From positions 10,413 to 74,412 of the forward strand of contig CAYSJW010000009.1 in assembly GCA_964431555.1 (NCBI GenBank): 64,000 nucleotides of DNA, read 5' to 3'. The position numbers and the translations under genes are program-made. The notes beneath the pieces were generated by a model. The model was not told the origin of the DNA. It searched no databases and was given only the letters and a program-made list of their open reading frames with translations. Each line of letters opens with the position of its first letter. Position 1 is the stretch's first letter. The stretch comes from an uncultured Gammaproteobacteria bacterium (GTDB lineage: Bacteria; Patescibacteriota; Microgenomatia; UBA8517). This document shows positions 54,236 to 63,449 of the stretch, one piece after another.

Positions 54236-56836
54236 TTATGGTATACCAAAACCCACTACCCTTGCCCAGGAAAGGTTTTCTACCCCGACTCCATCGTTTT
54301 CAAATATTAAGTAACCATCTTTATATCCAGAGTTTGCTTGTACAAAAACTATGGCCTGTTTCTCTATAACATGATGGACAATAGCAACATGATTTGTTCT
54401 TAGTGGCCCACCATATACATAAAAAAATATAATACTTCCGGTAGGTATGTTTTTTGAAGTGGCTTGTGACGCGTCTATAAAACGCCCGTTATTTCTAAAC
54501 CAATTTTCTAGGATATTAGACATATAGTATTCTGGAATTTCATGTCCGGTCTCTTTCCAAGAAATCACTGCCAGTTGTGTACACCAGAAAAGGTTTCTAG
54601 CCTCGTTGGATACTTGATCTCTGGTTGGGTTAGGATTGACTGCGAATAATTCTTCATTGAAAAGTTGAGGATAACTTGGTGGATAATAAATTTCGTCTCT
54701 CGGAAAACCACCCAGTAACTGATTTAATTTTTCTGAATCATCAGGAGATCTGTTCCAGAAACACCAAAATCCCTGATAAAGGTCTGCTGTAATTTCCCAA
54801 GCTCTCTTGGCAATCCCGGTTGCGCCATTATTATCAAAGGAAATAGAACCCTTTTCGTAAGTACATTCGACTGGAAATTGTCCAAACCCTGCAGGAAAAT
54901 CTGCTCTTTCGAAACCACCGAAAGGAACCACAAATGCACTATTGTTAATGATTATTAGAATAAAAATTACCAAAAAAAGAAATGTAATAATACTAATAAT
55001 AACTGGAATACTTATTGTTATTACAATACTTGCAATTACAGCAGATAAAAATGCTGGTATACCAGCTATTACACTTGCAATTGATCTTAAACCCAATGTT
55101 GTTAAAAATATTCCGCCTGAAATAAGTGCAGGAACTACTGAACCTATTGCCAAAAATGCAACCATTGCGATTCCAGAAATTTCTTTAAGTTGCGATTTTA
55201 AATCTTCCTTGCCTGTTATAAACTTAAGTATTCCGCGAAAGATTTTGGTTAAAAACTTTAAAATTTTTGGAAGAATGTCAGTAATTATAGTAATTATAAG
55301 GGCGATGATATTTCCAATAATGGGCACTAAAGTTCCTAAGGCTTGTGCTACTGTTGTAATTCCTGCTTTAGCGGCGATTTTACTTCCTTGTTTGATTAGT
55401 TCTTTGCCGGCCTTTTTTAATGATTCTGTAATGATTTTTTTAGCCGCGTCTTTAGCCACAGATATACCTGTTTTTTCTAAAAGTTTTCCAGCCTTTTCTT
55501 TAACAAAATCAACTCCTTTATCAAAAAGGGGCTTAAGAAATCCATTATCTCCGGTTTGAAGAGAGATCTGGTTGGGTTTTTCTGCAGTTTGCGGAGAATC
55601 GGTGGCGGCAGGCTGTATTGTTATTGATACATTTGGTATTCCTGCTTCTTTCCTGAATGCGTATGCCAATTCGGGATTTGATTTTTGTAAAGTTTTCAGG
55701 ATCCACGCCGAAAGCTGTAAGTCTTTTTCTTGCTGTTGTGTTATTAAATTGTTTTTAGCAACTCGATCGACTTCATTGGAGAATTGTTGAGCGTCAACTC
55801 CCAAAGGTAAAAGGTGTTTTGTTGCAACTTCGGCACTAGCTGATAGTTGTTCCGATGTGGTTCCCGGGGGAATTACCCCTTCGCTTATCAATAACGCTGT
55901 TTCTTCGGGTGTAAAGGAAATTTTACCAGTTCCGTCGATTACTTTTTCCCTGAAATTGATAGTTATCTGGGAAGGTTCGATAGCAGGAATAGTTGGAGTT
56001 GTAGTAATTATAATATTTTGCTGTGTTTCCATAGATTTTGATCTTTTTCTTTGTTTTCTTTCTGCCTTAAGCTGTTTTTCGTCAAGCTCCTCGGCATAAG
56101 CCCTATTTATATTCGACCACCTTTCCTGCCTGATGTTATATTCTTTTATTTCTTCCGGTGTTAATTCATCTTTATCTTTGCCTAGTTGTTGAAGATATCT
56201 TTCAGGGTCATATTTACGCACTTGCACCAAATACGCGGTTCTTAAATCTAGTTGTGTTGCACCGGGGGTTACCCCCAGAAGTTTCCAATTCTCACCGTGA
56301 TTGATCGGCCCGGCTTTTTTGCCTATCCACTTTTTTTGTTTACGGTCGAGCGTGTCTTTCCATTCGTCCTGACGCTTATATCTTAAGTGTTCGTGATAAT
56401 GATCTCTTCTGGTTTCGTCCCCGAGAACCTTGTGGGCTTTTTCTAAATAATAAAGAGTAGTTTTAGCACTTGCGAGACGTTTTTTAATTTCCGATTCGGA
56501 AAGTCCTTGTTCTCTTAGTTTTTTTTCTAAAACATCCGGTTGAAGTGATGCCTTTCTTTTTTTATAAGCTTCTTCGATCTCTTTTTGCGTTGCGTTTTCA
56601 TCTAATCCAAGCAGATCGTAGTAATCAGGCTCTTCGGGAAGTTGTCCGACACTTACAGAGTTGGCCTTACGAAGCCGGGCTTGAAGAACCTCGTATGCCA
56701 ATTCAACGCGCATACCAAGCGGGATTTTGGGATCAATAAGTGCTCCCTCAGAGGTTATTACAAAAGCTCTGGTACACAACTCCTCATAATCAAGATTTTT
56801 AGCCTGTACTAGTAATTTTCTTGCTTCATCACTCAT
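54236..56836 (-). CDS. Multidomain T4SS-associated membrane protein: two degenerate J-domain-like repeats (N-terminal, cytoplasmic) + VirB6/TrbL-like polytopic TM bundle + C-terminal CHAP peptidoglycan hydrolase domain
   Basis: J-like 1: DYYDLLGLDENATQKEIEEAYKKRKASLQPDV…KAHKVLGDETRRDHY (HPD->QPD). J-like 2: NWKLLGVTPGATQLDLRTAYLVQVRKYDPERY. Five or more TM helices (…IIALIITIITDILP…, …ITISIPVIISIITFLFLVIFILII). CHAP motifs NLFWCTQLAV (Cys) and TNHVAIVHHV (His). Confidence 0.6.
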   Translation of the reverse strand: MSDEARKLLVQAKNLDYEELCTRAFVITSEGALIDPKIPLGMRVELAYEVLQARLRKANSVSVGQLPEEPDYYDLLGLDENATQKEIEEAYKKRKASLQPDVLEKKLREQGLSESEIKKRLASAKTTLYYLEKAHKVLGDETRRDHYHEHLRYKRQDEWKDTLDRKQKKWIGKKAGPINHGENWKLLGVTPGATQLDLRTAYLVQVRKYDPERYLQQLGKDKDELTPEEIKEYNIRQERWSNINRAYAEELDEKQLKAERKQRKRSKSMETQQNIIITTTPTIPAIEPSQITINFREKVIDGTGKISFTPEETALLISEGVIPPGTTSEQLSASAEVATKHLLPLGVDAQQFSNEVDRVAKNNLITQQQEKDLQLSAWILKTLQKSNPELAYAFRKEAGIPNVSITIQPAATDSPQTAEKPNQISLQTGDNGFLKPLFDKGVDFVKEKAGKLLEKTGISVAKDAAKKIITESLKKAGKELIKQGSKIAAKAGITTVAQALGTLVPIIGNIIALIITIITDILPKILKFLTKIFRGILKFITGKEDLKSQLKEISGIAMVAFLAIGSVVPALISGGIFLTTLGLRSIASVIAGIPAFLSAVIASIVITISIPVIISIITFLFLVIFILIIINNSAFVVPFGGFERADFPAGFGQFPVECTYEKGSISFDNNGATGIAKRAWEITADLYQGFWCFWNRSPDDSEKLNQLLGGFPRDEIYYPPSYPQLFNEELFAVNPNPTRDQVSNEARNLFWCTQLAVISWKETGHEIPEYYMSNILENWFRNNGRFIDASQATSKNIPTGSIIFFYVYGGPLRTNHVAIVHHVIEKQAIVFVQANSGYKDGYLIFENDGVGVENLSWARVVGFGIP

Positions 56837-56860
56837 TTTTCCTAATTTAATATTACACCA

Positions 56861-58783
56861 TCATTTGTTTTCTTGGATGATTTTCAGCGTTGTTCTTAAT
56901 GGAATATTTGATTGTTCGACCAACTCTTGTGGTTTGGTTGTTATCAATTTATGTTCTTCGGGAGAAGCAACTACAGTTATGGGTGCATGATTATTGCCGG
57001 CAAAAAAAATACCCTCTCCAATGTTTGCTCCAAGTAAAAGCTGTCTTTCACCTTGTGAGAGGTAAAATACATCGCCAACCTTGTCTATAGCGGCAGGAGA
57101 TTGCTTTAGAAGAACCCTTAAAGCACTATTTGTAACAATTGCCTTGCCAATATCTTGGTTTAGAAAATCTTCAACGTCCTGGGTGATTGTAGTGAGTCCT
57201 AGATAATATTTTCTTGCGCGTTTAACAATACTCCACAAAAACTGAGCTGAATCTGAAAACCTCATCATATGCCACGCCTCATCAACAACCAAAAGTCTGG
57301 GTCTAAGATTTTTCTTGATTCTGGTCCAGATAAAATCCAGAATAACAAACATAGCAATTGGTCTTAAGGCATCTTGGAGCTCCCGTACGGAAAAAACAGT
57401 AAAGGGGTTGTTTATTTCAATATTTGTTTGTTTGTCAAAAATTCCCACAAAGCTTCCTCTGACAAATTTTTCAATTCTTGCTGCCAAATCTAATGCGTCA
57501 GGAGTTTCCATTCCGATAAGTATTTTATAAAGATCTTCCATTAAGGGAGGTTCTTTGGTTTGGGTTTCAGGATCTTGAGTAATCCCCTTGGATTTATAGG
57601 TTGCAACTAAAGCCCTGTCAAGAAGAGCCTCTTGTATTGGAGTTATTTGTCCCATGATGACTTTAAAAAGGGAATGTAAAGAAAGAATTTTAAGGCCAAG
57701 GTTGTTTTCACCCTCTTCATAGACTTGGGAAAGATCAAAAGGGTTAATTTTTGATGGAGAGTTGAAAGAAAATGAAATATTTACCCCTCCTACCGCGTTG
57801 GCTAGGTTTTTATACTCACCTTCAGGATCGATTATGATTATTTCTGTCCCAAGCATTAATGATCTTAAACTTTCCAATTTGACAAAGTAGCTTTTACCTG
57901 CGCCTGAAGTTGCAAAAACAGTCATGTTGGAATTTTCCAGTGAGAATCGGTCGAAGATGATAAAGGATCCGTTTTGGGTGTTTATCCCATATAGAACTCC
58001 TTTATCAGCAGATAACTCCGCACTGGTTAGGGGAAAAGTCGTGGCCAAAGATGATGTATCCATATTTCTGGTTATGGAAAGACGATCTAACCCAAAAGGG
58101 GAGGTTGATAAAAGACCATTGTCCATATCTAAGGTGGCGTGTTTAGCTACAACTAAAAGAGAACCAAGCGTTGCCTCAACCTGCTTGGTAATATGGTTTA
58201 ATTGCTCTAGATCAGAAGCTCTGATGGTGATATAAAAACCAAATTCAAAAAAGTGTTCGGCTCCCTTAACAAGTTCTTCTTGGAAAAGTCTTGCATCTTC
58301 AAGTTTAGCCTCGGTTGCAGGATCAACTATTTTTCCTCTTTCAATGTCGGTGGCGATTTCAGCTTCCATTTCGGCAACCTTTCTCATAAGATCATCTAAA
58401 ACGCTTTTACCTTCAACGGGGTATATAAAAAATGAGATATCCAAAGAACTATTGAAGTTGATTATTTGCTCTAACCAGCCTGGAGATACAAAGCGCGGAT
58501 ATCCAGAAACAAAAAGAGTTCTAAGGTATACATTATTGATTTTTAGATAGTCCATTTCAATTTCTACCATTTGTGGTGCTACAACATCGAGTATGTTGAG
58601 ATTTTGAGAATTAACCGCCTCAACGGGATTAATTATTTTCGGTTTGTCGACTATTACTTGTTTAGCCTTATCTGAATTTAAAGCATCTTTCTCTTTGAGA
58701 GTTTTTTCTTTACTTTGGGTAGAATCTTTTGGAAGATTGTTAATTGTTTTTGTTTTTGGTTTAAAAAAATTAAGTTTTAACAT
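56861..58783 (-). CDS. VirB4/TraC/TrbE-family type IV secretion ATPase (main body)
   Basis: Walker A VFATSGAGKSYFVK, Walker B LLVVDEAWHMM, Arg finger/sensor region. N-terminal YLRTLFVSGYPRFVSPGWL typical of Gram-positive VirB4 (PrgJ/TcpF-like). Confidence 0.75.
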   Translation of the reverse strand: MLKLNFFKPKTKTINNLPKDSTQSKEKTLKEKDALNSDKAKQVIVDKPKIINPVEAVNSQNLNILDVVAPQMVEIEMDYLKINNVYLRTLFVSGYPRFVSPGWLEQIINFNSSLDISFFIYPVEGKSVLDDLMRKVAEMEAEIATDIERGKIVDPATEAKLEDARLFQEELVKGAEHFFEFGFYITIRASDLEQLNHITKQVEATLGSLLVVAKHATLDMDNGLLSTSPFGLDRLSITRNMDTSSLATTFPLTSAELSADKGVLYGINTQNGSFIIFDRFSLENSNMTVFATSGAGKSYFVKLESLRSLMLGTEIIIIDPEGEYKNLANAVGGVNISFSFNSPSKINPFDLSQVYEEGENNLGLKILSLHSLFKVIMGQITPIQEALLDRALVATYKSKGITQDPETQTKEPPLMEDLYKILIGMETPDALDLAARIEKFVRGSFVGIFDKQTNIEINNPFTVFSVRELQDALRPIAMFVILDFIWTRIKKNLRPRLLVVDEAWHMMRFSDSAQFLWSIVKRARKYYLGLTTITQDVEDFLNQDIGKAIVTNSALRVLLKQSPAAIDKVGDVFYLSQGERQLLLGANIGEGIFFAGNNHAPITVVASPEEHKLITTKPQELVEQSNIPLRTTLKIIQENK

Positions 58784-58785
58784 AG

Positions 58786-59460
58786 TTAAACATTAAAAAG
58801 TTCCTTCTCCTTTATAGGTGGTTCGGGATTGTATGTTTGATAAAAAAGATTAATAAGTTCATCGTTATTAAGTTGGTGTAGAGATATTCCTAATCGTCCA
58901 GCCTGTCTTATTAGATGGTCTCTTTTGGGAAAGAGTGAAATTTTTGCTTTTCTAACCACGTATGATTTAGGGTAGGGAAGCTTAGGGTTTTTTCCGCCTG
59001 AAGGAAGAAAGGACGAAGATAAAGATTTTGAAATCCCCAATTCATATGGACTAAACGGTATTACAATGTAAAATTTTTTAGATAGTACATTTCTCTTTTT
59101 GATTGCATCCTGTACAAAATTCATGTAGTCATCCATTATGTTTTTAAGCTTTTGGTTTTTTATTTTTTGACTAGCATTGGTTAAGAATTCCATGTAAGTT
59201 GATATATCTTTTTTTTCGCTTCTGACAACTATTTGGACGGGAAAATTAAAAGAGTTTAAAAGACCAGCGTATGAAGCGATAACTGCTTTTTGTTCCCTTT
59301 CATTAAGAAGTCCGAAATTAAGAGAAGTTGATTCCATGATTAAAGCTGCACCTCCATTTTTATAAATAACAATGTTGTCTGTAATATCTGCAATAGGAAT
59401 TAATTCTTGGGTTGATGCTGTTAGTGGTTTGTCGGGTTTAGAGATAAACGGTATGGGCAT
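58786..59460 (-). CDS. VirB4 N-terminal-like domain protein (possible detached N-terminal part of a split VirB4, or adaptor)
   Basis: LIPIADITDNIVIYKNGGAALIMESTSLNF…NEREQKAVIASYAGLLNSFNFPVQIVVRSEK resembles the TrbE/VirB4 N-terminus (LPYA.L.DDGIVL.KDGSLL…E.N.L.RR.NQAL…). Stop TAA is separated from the VirB4 ATG by only 2 nt, in a different frame. Confidence 0.4.
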   Translation of the reverse strand: MPIPFISKPDKPLTASTQELIPIADITDNIVIYKNGGAALIMESTSLNFGLLNEREQKAVIASYAGLLNSFNFPVQIVVRSEKKDISTYMEFLTNASQKIKNQKLKNIMDDYMNFVQDAIKKRNVLSKKFYIVIPFSPYELGISKSLSSSFLPSGGKNPKLPYPKSYVVRKAKISLFPKRDHLIRQAGRLGISLHQLNNDELINLFYQTYNPEPPIKEKELFNV

Positions 59461-59526
59461 GGGAATTAACTGTCGGTTTTAAAAATTAAATTAAAAATTA
59501 AAACTTCCATATTTTTTGTATAAAAT

Positions 59527-60516
59527 CTAATTATTAACCTTTTCCTTTCCGGTAATCACAATTGGTGGTATTATTTTGCCTAAAGCACTGATATTTATTG
59601 GTTCAAATAAAAAGCCCTCTTTTTCTGTAATTATTTGATAATTGCCGTTTACTAAGGGGGTAACTATCATAAAATGACCTAATTTGTTGCTTCTTAATGC
59701 CCTTGCGGGCCTTCCGTTGGAATCACGAATCTCAAGTATGGCGTTTTCGATAATTTTTCCGTTAGTATCTTGTACCTGACCGACAATAATGTTTGGTTTG
59801 GATGGTGGAAGTGGAGGAGCGGCTTCAGAGGAAAATTGGGCTTGTTTAATATCTTTGTAGATACGGCCTTCTGAAGGCGTTAGTTTGAATCCGGTCGAAG
59901 GAACCTTTTCCGCTTTATCTGGAAGAGTTTGTTGAGTTTCCTTTTTTGGTTGGGGCTTTATTTTTATAGCTTCGGTTTTGGGAAATTGAATACCACGTCT
60001 GTCATACGTAATTCCCTTATCGGCTAGATCAACTTTATTGGTTGGGATGTATGCTAATTCTGAAAAGCTATTATTTATATTTTGCAATATTTGGCTTTCC
60101 TGCGTCTCTAATTTTGCTTGTTCATCTGAGGTTTTCATGATGGCAAGCAATTGAGGAGAGGTTTTTTTATTATCCTCTGCTTGTGTACTTGTTTCGGGTT
60201 GGAAGTAGCTGAAATTATCAGGAAGTTTTTTCCAAACATAAAGGGTAGGGGAGTAAATTGCTTTAAAAAAAAGAACAATCCATTTTGCCAAAGGTCTATC
60301 TTCTAAAGGGAAAAAAGCGAGCGCAATTCCCATTACAAAGGAAAAGATGATTAAAGGCCATTTGATATAAGAAGGTAAACCTGAAGAATAAATTAGAAGA
60401 GCAATTAAAGCCCCACCAGCAACCTGAAAAAATTGTTGTAAGGTCATATCACCAACCAGTTTAAACTGGTAAGATGATACCTGTTGTGGAATTGGATGTT
60501 GTTCTTCAATTTCCAT
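59527..60516 (-). CDS. PrgI/VirB3-like two-TM protein with C-terminal carboxypeptidase-regulatory-like (beta-sandwich) domain
   Basis: YQFKLVGDMTLQQFFQVAGGALIALLIY + second TM (PrgI-family pattern). C-terminal IIVGQVQDTNGKIIENAILEIRDSNGRPARALRSNKLGHFMIV…GNYQIITEKEGF. Confidence 0.45.
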   Translation of the reverse strand: MEIEEQHPIPQQVSSYQFKLVGDMTLQQFFQVAGGALIALLIYSSGLPSYIKWPLIIFSFVMGIALAFFPLEDRPLAKWIVLFFKAIYSPTLYVWKKLPDNFSYFQPETSTQAEDNKKTSPQLLAIMKTSDEQAKLETQESQILQNINNSFSELAYIPTNKVDLADKGITYDRRGIQFPKTEAIKIKPQPKKETQQTLPDKAEKVPSTGFKLTPSEGRIYKDIKQAQFSSEAAPPLPPSKPNIIVGQVQDTNGKIIENAILEIRDSNGRPARALRSNKLGHFMIVTPLVNGNYQIITEKEGFLFEPINISALGKIIPPIVITGKEKVNN

Positions 60517-60938
60517 AATTAGAGTATAAGAGCGGGAGAGTATAAGAGTGTAAGTAACACTCTCATTTCCTCATGCTCTTCTGATAAGCATATAATAGTT
60601 TTTTTATCTTCTGATATGACTTTGATAATTTTGACTAATTTAATATTATCAAAATATTGCAGTTTGTAGGATAGGTAATAGATTTAAGGTTTTAAAATAA
60701 AGAAACTGTTCTTTATTAGAAAATTTTTTCGTCATTTTGTGAGTAAGAAAAACCAGCCCAAAAAATTTTGGTAAACTATTAGCTTTTCGCAACCTTGTTT
60801 TAGGTAGGCAGTTTCAAAATTCATGTATTCTCACGCTCTTCCTCTTCTACTTTTACCCGTGGACATGTTATTTCAACCGGTAAACTTTTTCACAAAATTA
60901 TGTATTAAAAACTTAAGGTTGGTGGTAAAATATATGAT

Positions 60939-63422
60939 ATGACAAATTCAGAAAGAGTAGGCGATAGTGGTTCGGGGAGTTCAAGAGGAAAAGAGGGAAG
61001 CAGAAAAAAGGGGGGAAAAGGAACGAAAGAGGGAGAAAAGAATAAAAAAGTTGGTGGTGGGGAAGTTGGGTCGCAAAATAAACCCGAATCTCCAGACCGT
61101 GGTGAATTAGGTGTTCCAGTGACAAGAAAAGAAGATTTAAAAGATCAACCTGATGATTCTACAGAGGCAAGACTGTTAAGAAGAATTTTAGGGGAAACAA
61201 TATCGTTTAGAAAGCAAATGAAAACTCAACTTGAAGAAATTAGATCTACAATCTCTTCGCAAACAACCGCAATAAACCAATTACTTGAGAGGCTTGCTAA
61301 AGCCGCAAGTCCTGCTGATGAACAAGTGTTGATGAAGACGATTGATGCAATGGAGAAAAAGCTTGTAGAAAGCGTTGAGGGATTCAGCAATGTATTAGAT
61401 AAAGTAAACGCCTCAATTAATCAGGAACAGCAAATTTTTGAAGAGAACAGGGAAATGATAGCGCTATTTATGAGGGAACTTGAAAGAATGCAAGAAGCTC
61501 AAGGTATTACGGAAAGTCTTAGGATCCCTTCCCTTGATAGAATGGCAGCGAGGCTAAAAGGAGACTTTAAAGAAGAGTATGAAAAATCTAGAAAAGTAGG
61601 AGATAAAGATTGGACCGTAGAGAATGAAATATATCAGAATATGGTAGAGGATTGGTTTGAGGAACACATCAGAGCTATGGAATCAAGCGAGCTTGCATTT
61701 GAAGAACAACCAGATATGTACAGATACCTTTCGCTTTATGCGAGCAACTTTGCAAAAACTGAAGGGATGAAAGATTTTGGAGAGAGGATTCAGGCAAAAC
61801 TTGAAGCAAGAAGAATACGACATCGCGCAGTGAGAGTTTTGAGCATGTCTCCGCCAGATGCTATTGTTAATGTAATGCAAAATTTTAAAGTACAGGAAAT
61901 GTCGAATTTTTTTAGGGGAGAGGTTGTTGGATCCTATTCCATAGATAAGGCAACCGGAACAAGGGCTAGGGGTACTGATGGCGAAGTTGTTGTAATTAAC
62001 CATGTCGAAAGGGAGCTTAGAAACTACGAGAGGATGATGAGAATATTAAGGGAAAGAAGAGATGAATACAGAAAAAAGTACTTAGAAGAAGAAGAAAGGA
62101 TGAAAAAACGCTTAGGTGTTAGGGTATTGGATTATGGGCAAAGAGTTAAACTGCAAAATAACCCTGAATTAAAGAGGTTGAGTGAAGAAATAAAAGTTAA
62201 GGAAAAATATATTGTAGATTATTACACTTATGGTGGCCACATAGAGGATGAAGGAATTGATGGAGCCTATGTTGATGAAGAAGGCAACCTGCAGGATAGA
62301 TGGAACGAAGAGTTAGGTAGTCAAAGTAATGATAATAGAGATGGGTTTTTTTACAGGCTTGGAACTGATAGACCTCCAGAAAGGCAAGGTAGAAAAATTG
62401 AATCTTATGGGGTAGAAGATTTGGTTAAGAGTCATATAAGAGAAGGGAAGGATCCTGTGTCACGAGATAAAGAAATTGAACTTAGAGATAAATTTTGGGC
62501 AAGAAGGTATGCAGGAGGGACTTTAAGTTTGATGTTTAGAATTAGTCGTGAAGTGCAAATAAACGGGACTGCGGACTTTTATTTAAATAGAATATACAAT
62601 TTTGGAGATAAAGTTGCAGAAAACTTTTTACTAAGGCACACGAGAGAGATATGGGATCCTACAGAGGGTGTATATAAGGGAGATCAGATAAGCCTTGGTT
62701 ATATTGACATAATGTCAGACATGCTTTCAAAAGCGAAAGAAAACCAACTTAAGAGAGTTGGTATCAATAAAAAAAGGGAAGATCATAATGGAGCGTTTTT
62801 AAGTTTTGAAAATTTAGATTGGGGGAGCAAAGAGCTTTGGGATGATTTAATACAGGGAGAGCTTGCTGTTAACCCCGCTACGCCTTCAGTAAAGGGGCAG
62901 TATGTTGCAGAGGCTGACGGATCAGGAAGAAAACCCATGTGGGGTCCTGATAGTTTATTACACGGGCCGACTGTAGAAAAAACAGCAATATTTGAACATA
63001 TGGGAGGCTGGCTTGGTACAGGGCCAGCCGAACCTTTCTGTTTACCTGGTTCAAATGAGCCAATTGAGGTTTCAAAACAGGAAAAATTTCAAATCGAAAT
63101 AATGGATAGAATGCTTAATTATTTGAGATCCGATGAAGCCAAAGATCAGTTGGGTGATCCAATAATAGGCTATTCGGAAAAAGCGACAATTTGTGAATGG
63201 ATTAATTCATGGGTAAGGCACGGAATGATAGATAGTAAAGTAAGTAAAGTATTATTTGAGAAATATTTAGGAACTAGTAACAAAACCCTTCTAAGAATAA
63301 TAAGCACATCAGATATAATTTGGAATGATCTTAAAAATAATTGGGGAACGATGTCTTTGCAGGGAATCGGAGAATTTATAAAAAGATTATTTGGTTATAT
63401 TTTTGCAGATGAGTTCAGATGA
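60939..63422 (+). CDS. Large (827 aa) highly charged soluble protein with Gly/Ser/Lys-rich N-terminus and extensive predicted coiled coils; hypothetical, island-associated
   Basis: ORF track. No TM and no NTP-binding motifs found by eye. Divergent from the T4SS-like operon. Codon composition matches the GC-richer island. Confidence 0.5.
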   Translation: MTNSERVGDSGSGSSRGKEGSRKKGGKGTKEGEKNKKVGGGEVGSQNKPESPDRGELGVPVTRKEDLKDQPDDSTEARLLRRILGETISFRKQMKTQLEEIRSTISSQTTAINQLLERLAKAASPADEQVLMKTIDAMEKKLVESVEGFSNVLDKVNASINQEQQIFEENREMIALFMRELERMQEAQGITESLRIPSLDRMAARLKGDFKEEYEKSRKVGDKDWTVENEIYQNMVEDWFEEHIRAMESSELAFEEQPDMYRYLSLYASNFAKTEGMKDFGERIQAKLEARRIRHRAVRVLSMSPPDAIVNVMQNFKVQEMSNFFRGEVVGSYSIDKATGTRARGTDGEVVVINHVERELRNYERMMRILRERRDEYRKKYLEEEERMKKRLGVRVLDYGQRVKLQNNPELKRLSEEIKVKEKYIVDYYTYGGHIEDEGIDGAYVDEEGNLQDRWNEELGSQSNDNRDGFFYRLGTDRPPERQGRKIESYGVEDLVKSHIREGKDPVSRDKEIELRDKFWARRYAGGTLSLMFRISREVQINGTADFYLNRIYNFGDKVAENFLLRHTREIWDPTEGVYKGDQISLGYIDIMSDMLSKAKENQLKRVGINKKREDHNGAFLSFENLDWGSKELWDDLIQGELAVNPATPSVKGQYVAEADGSGRKPMWGPDSLLHGPTVEKTAIFEHMGGWLGTGPAEPFCLPGSNEPIEVSKQEKFQIEIMDRMLNYLRSDEAKDQLGDPIIGYSEKATICEWINSWVRHGMIDSKVSKVLFEKYLGTSNKTLLRIISTSDIIWNDLKNNWGTMSLQGIGEFIKRLFGYIFADEFR

Positions 63423-63449
63423 GGGAATAAGGTTTTAAAAAGTGTTGTT

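Noticed and set aside
54942-56099. Plus-strand ORFs (205, 72, 80 aa) inside the 866-aa minus-strand gene; likewise 51502..51948 inside dnaA, 34802..35628 inside groEL, 1684..1965 inside the PT-repeat gene, 8388..8867 and 8796..9254 around the LCP/pcrA junction
   Set aside because: All lie antisense or out of frame within strongly supported genes and have low-complexity or hydrophobic composition consistent with shadow ORFs.
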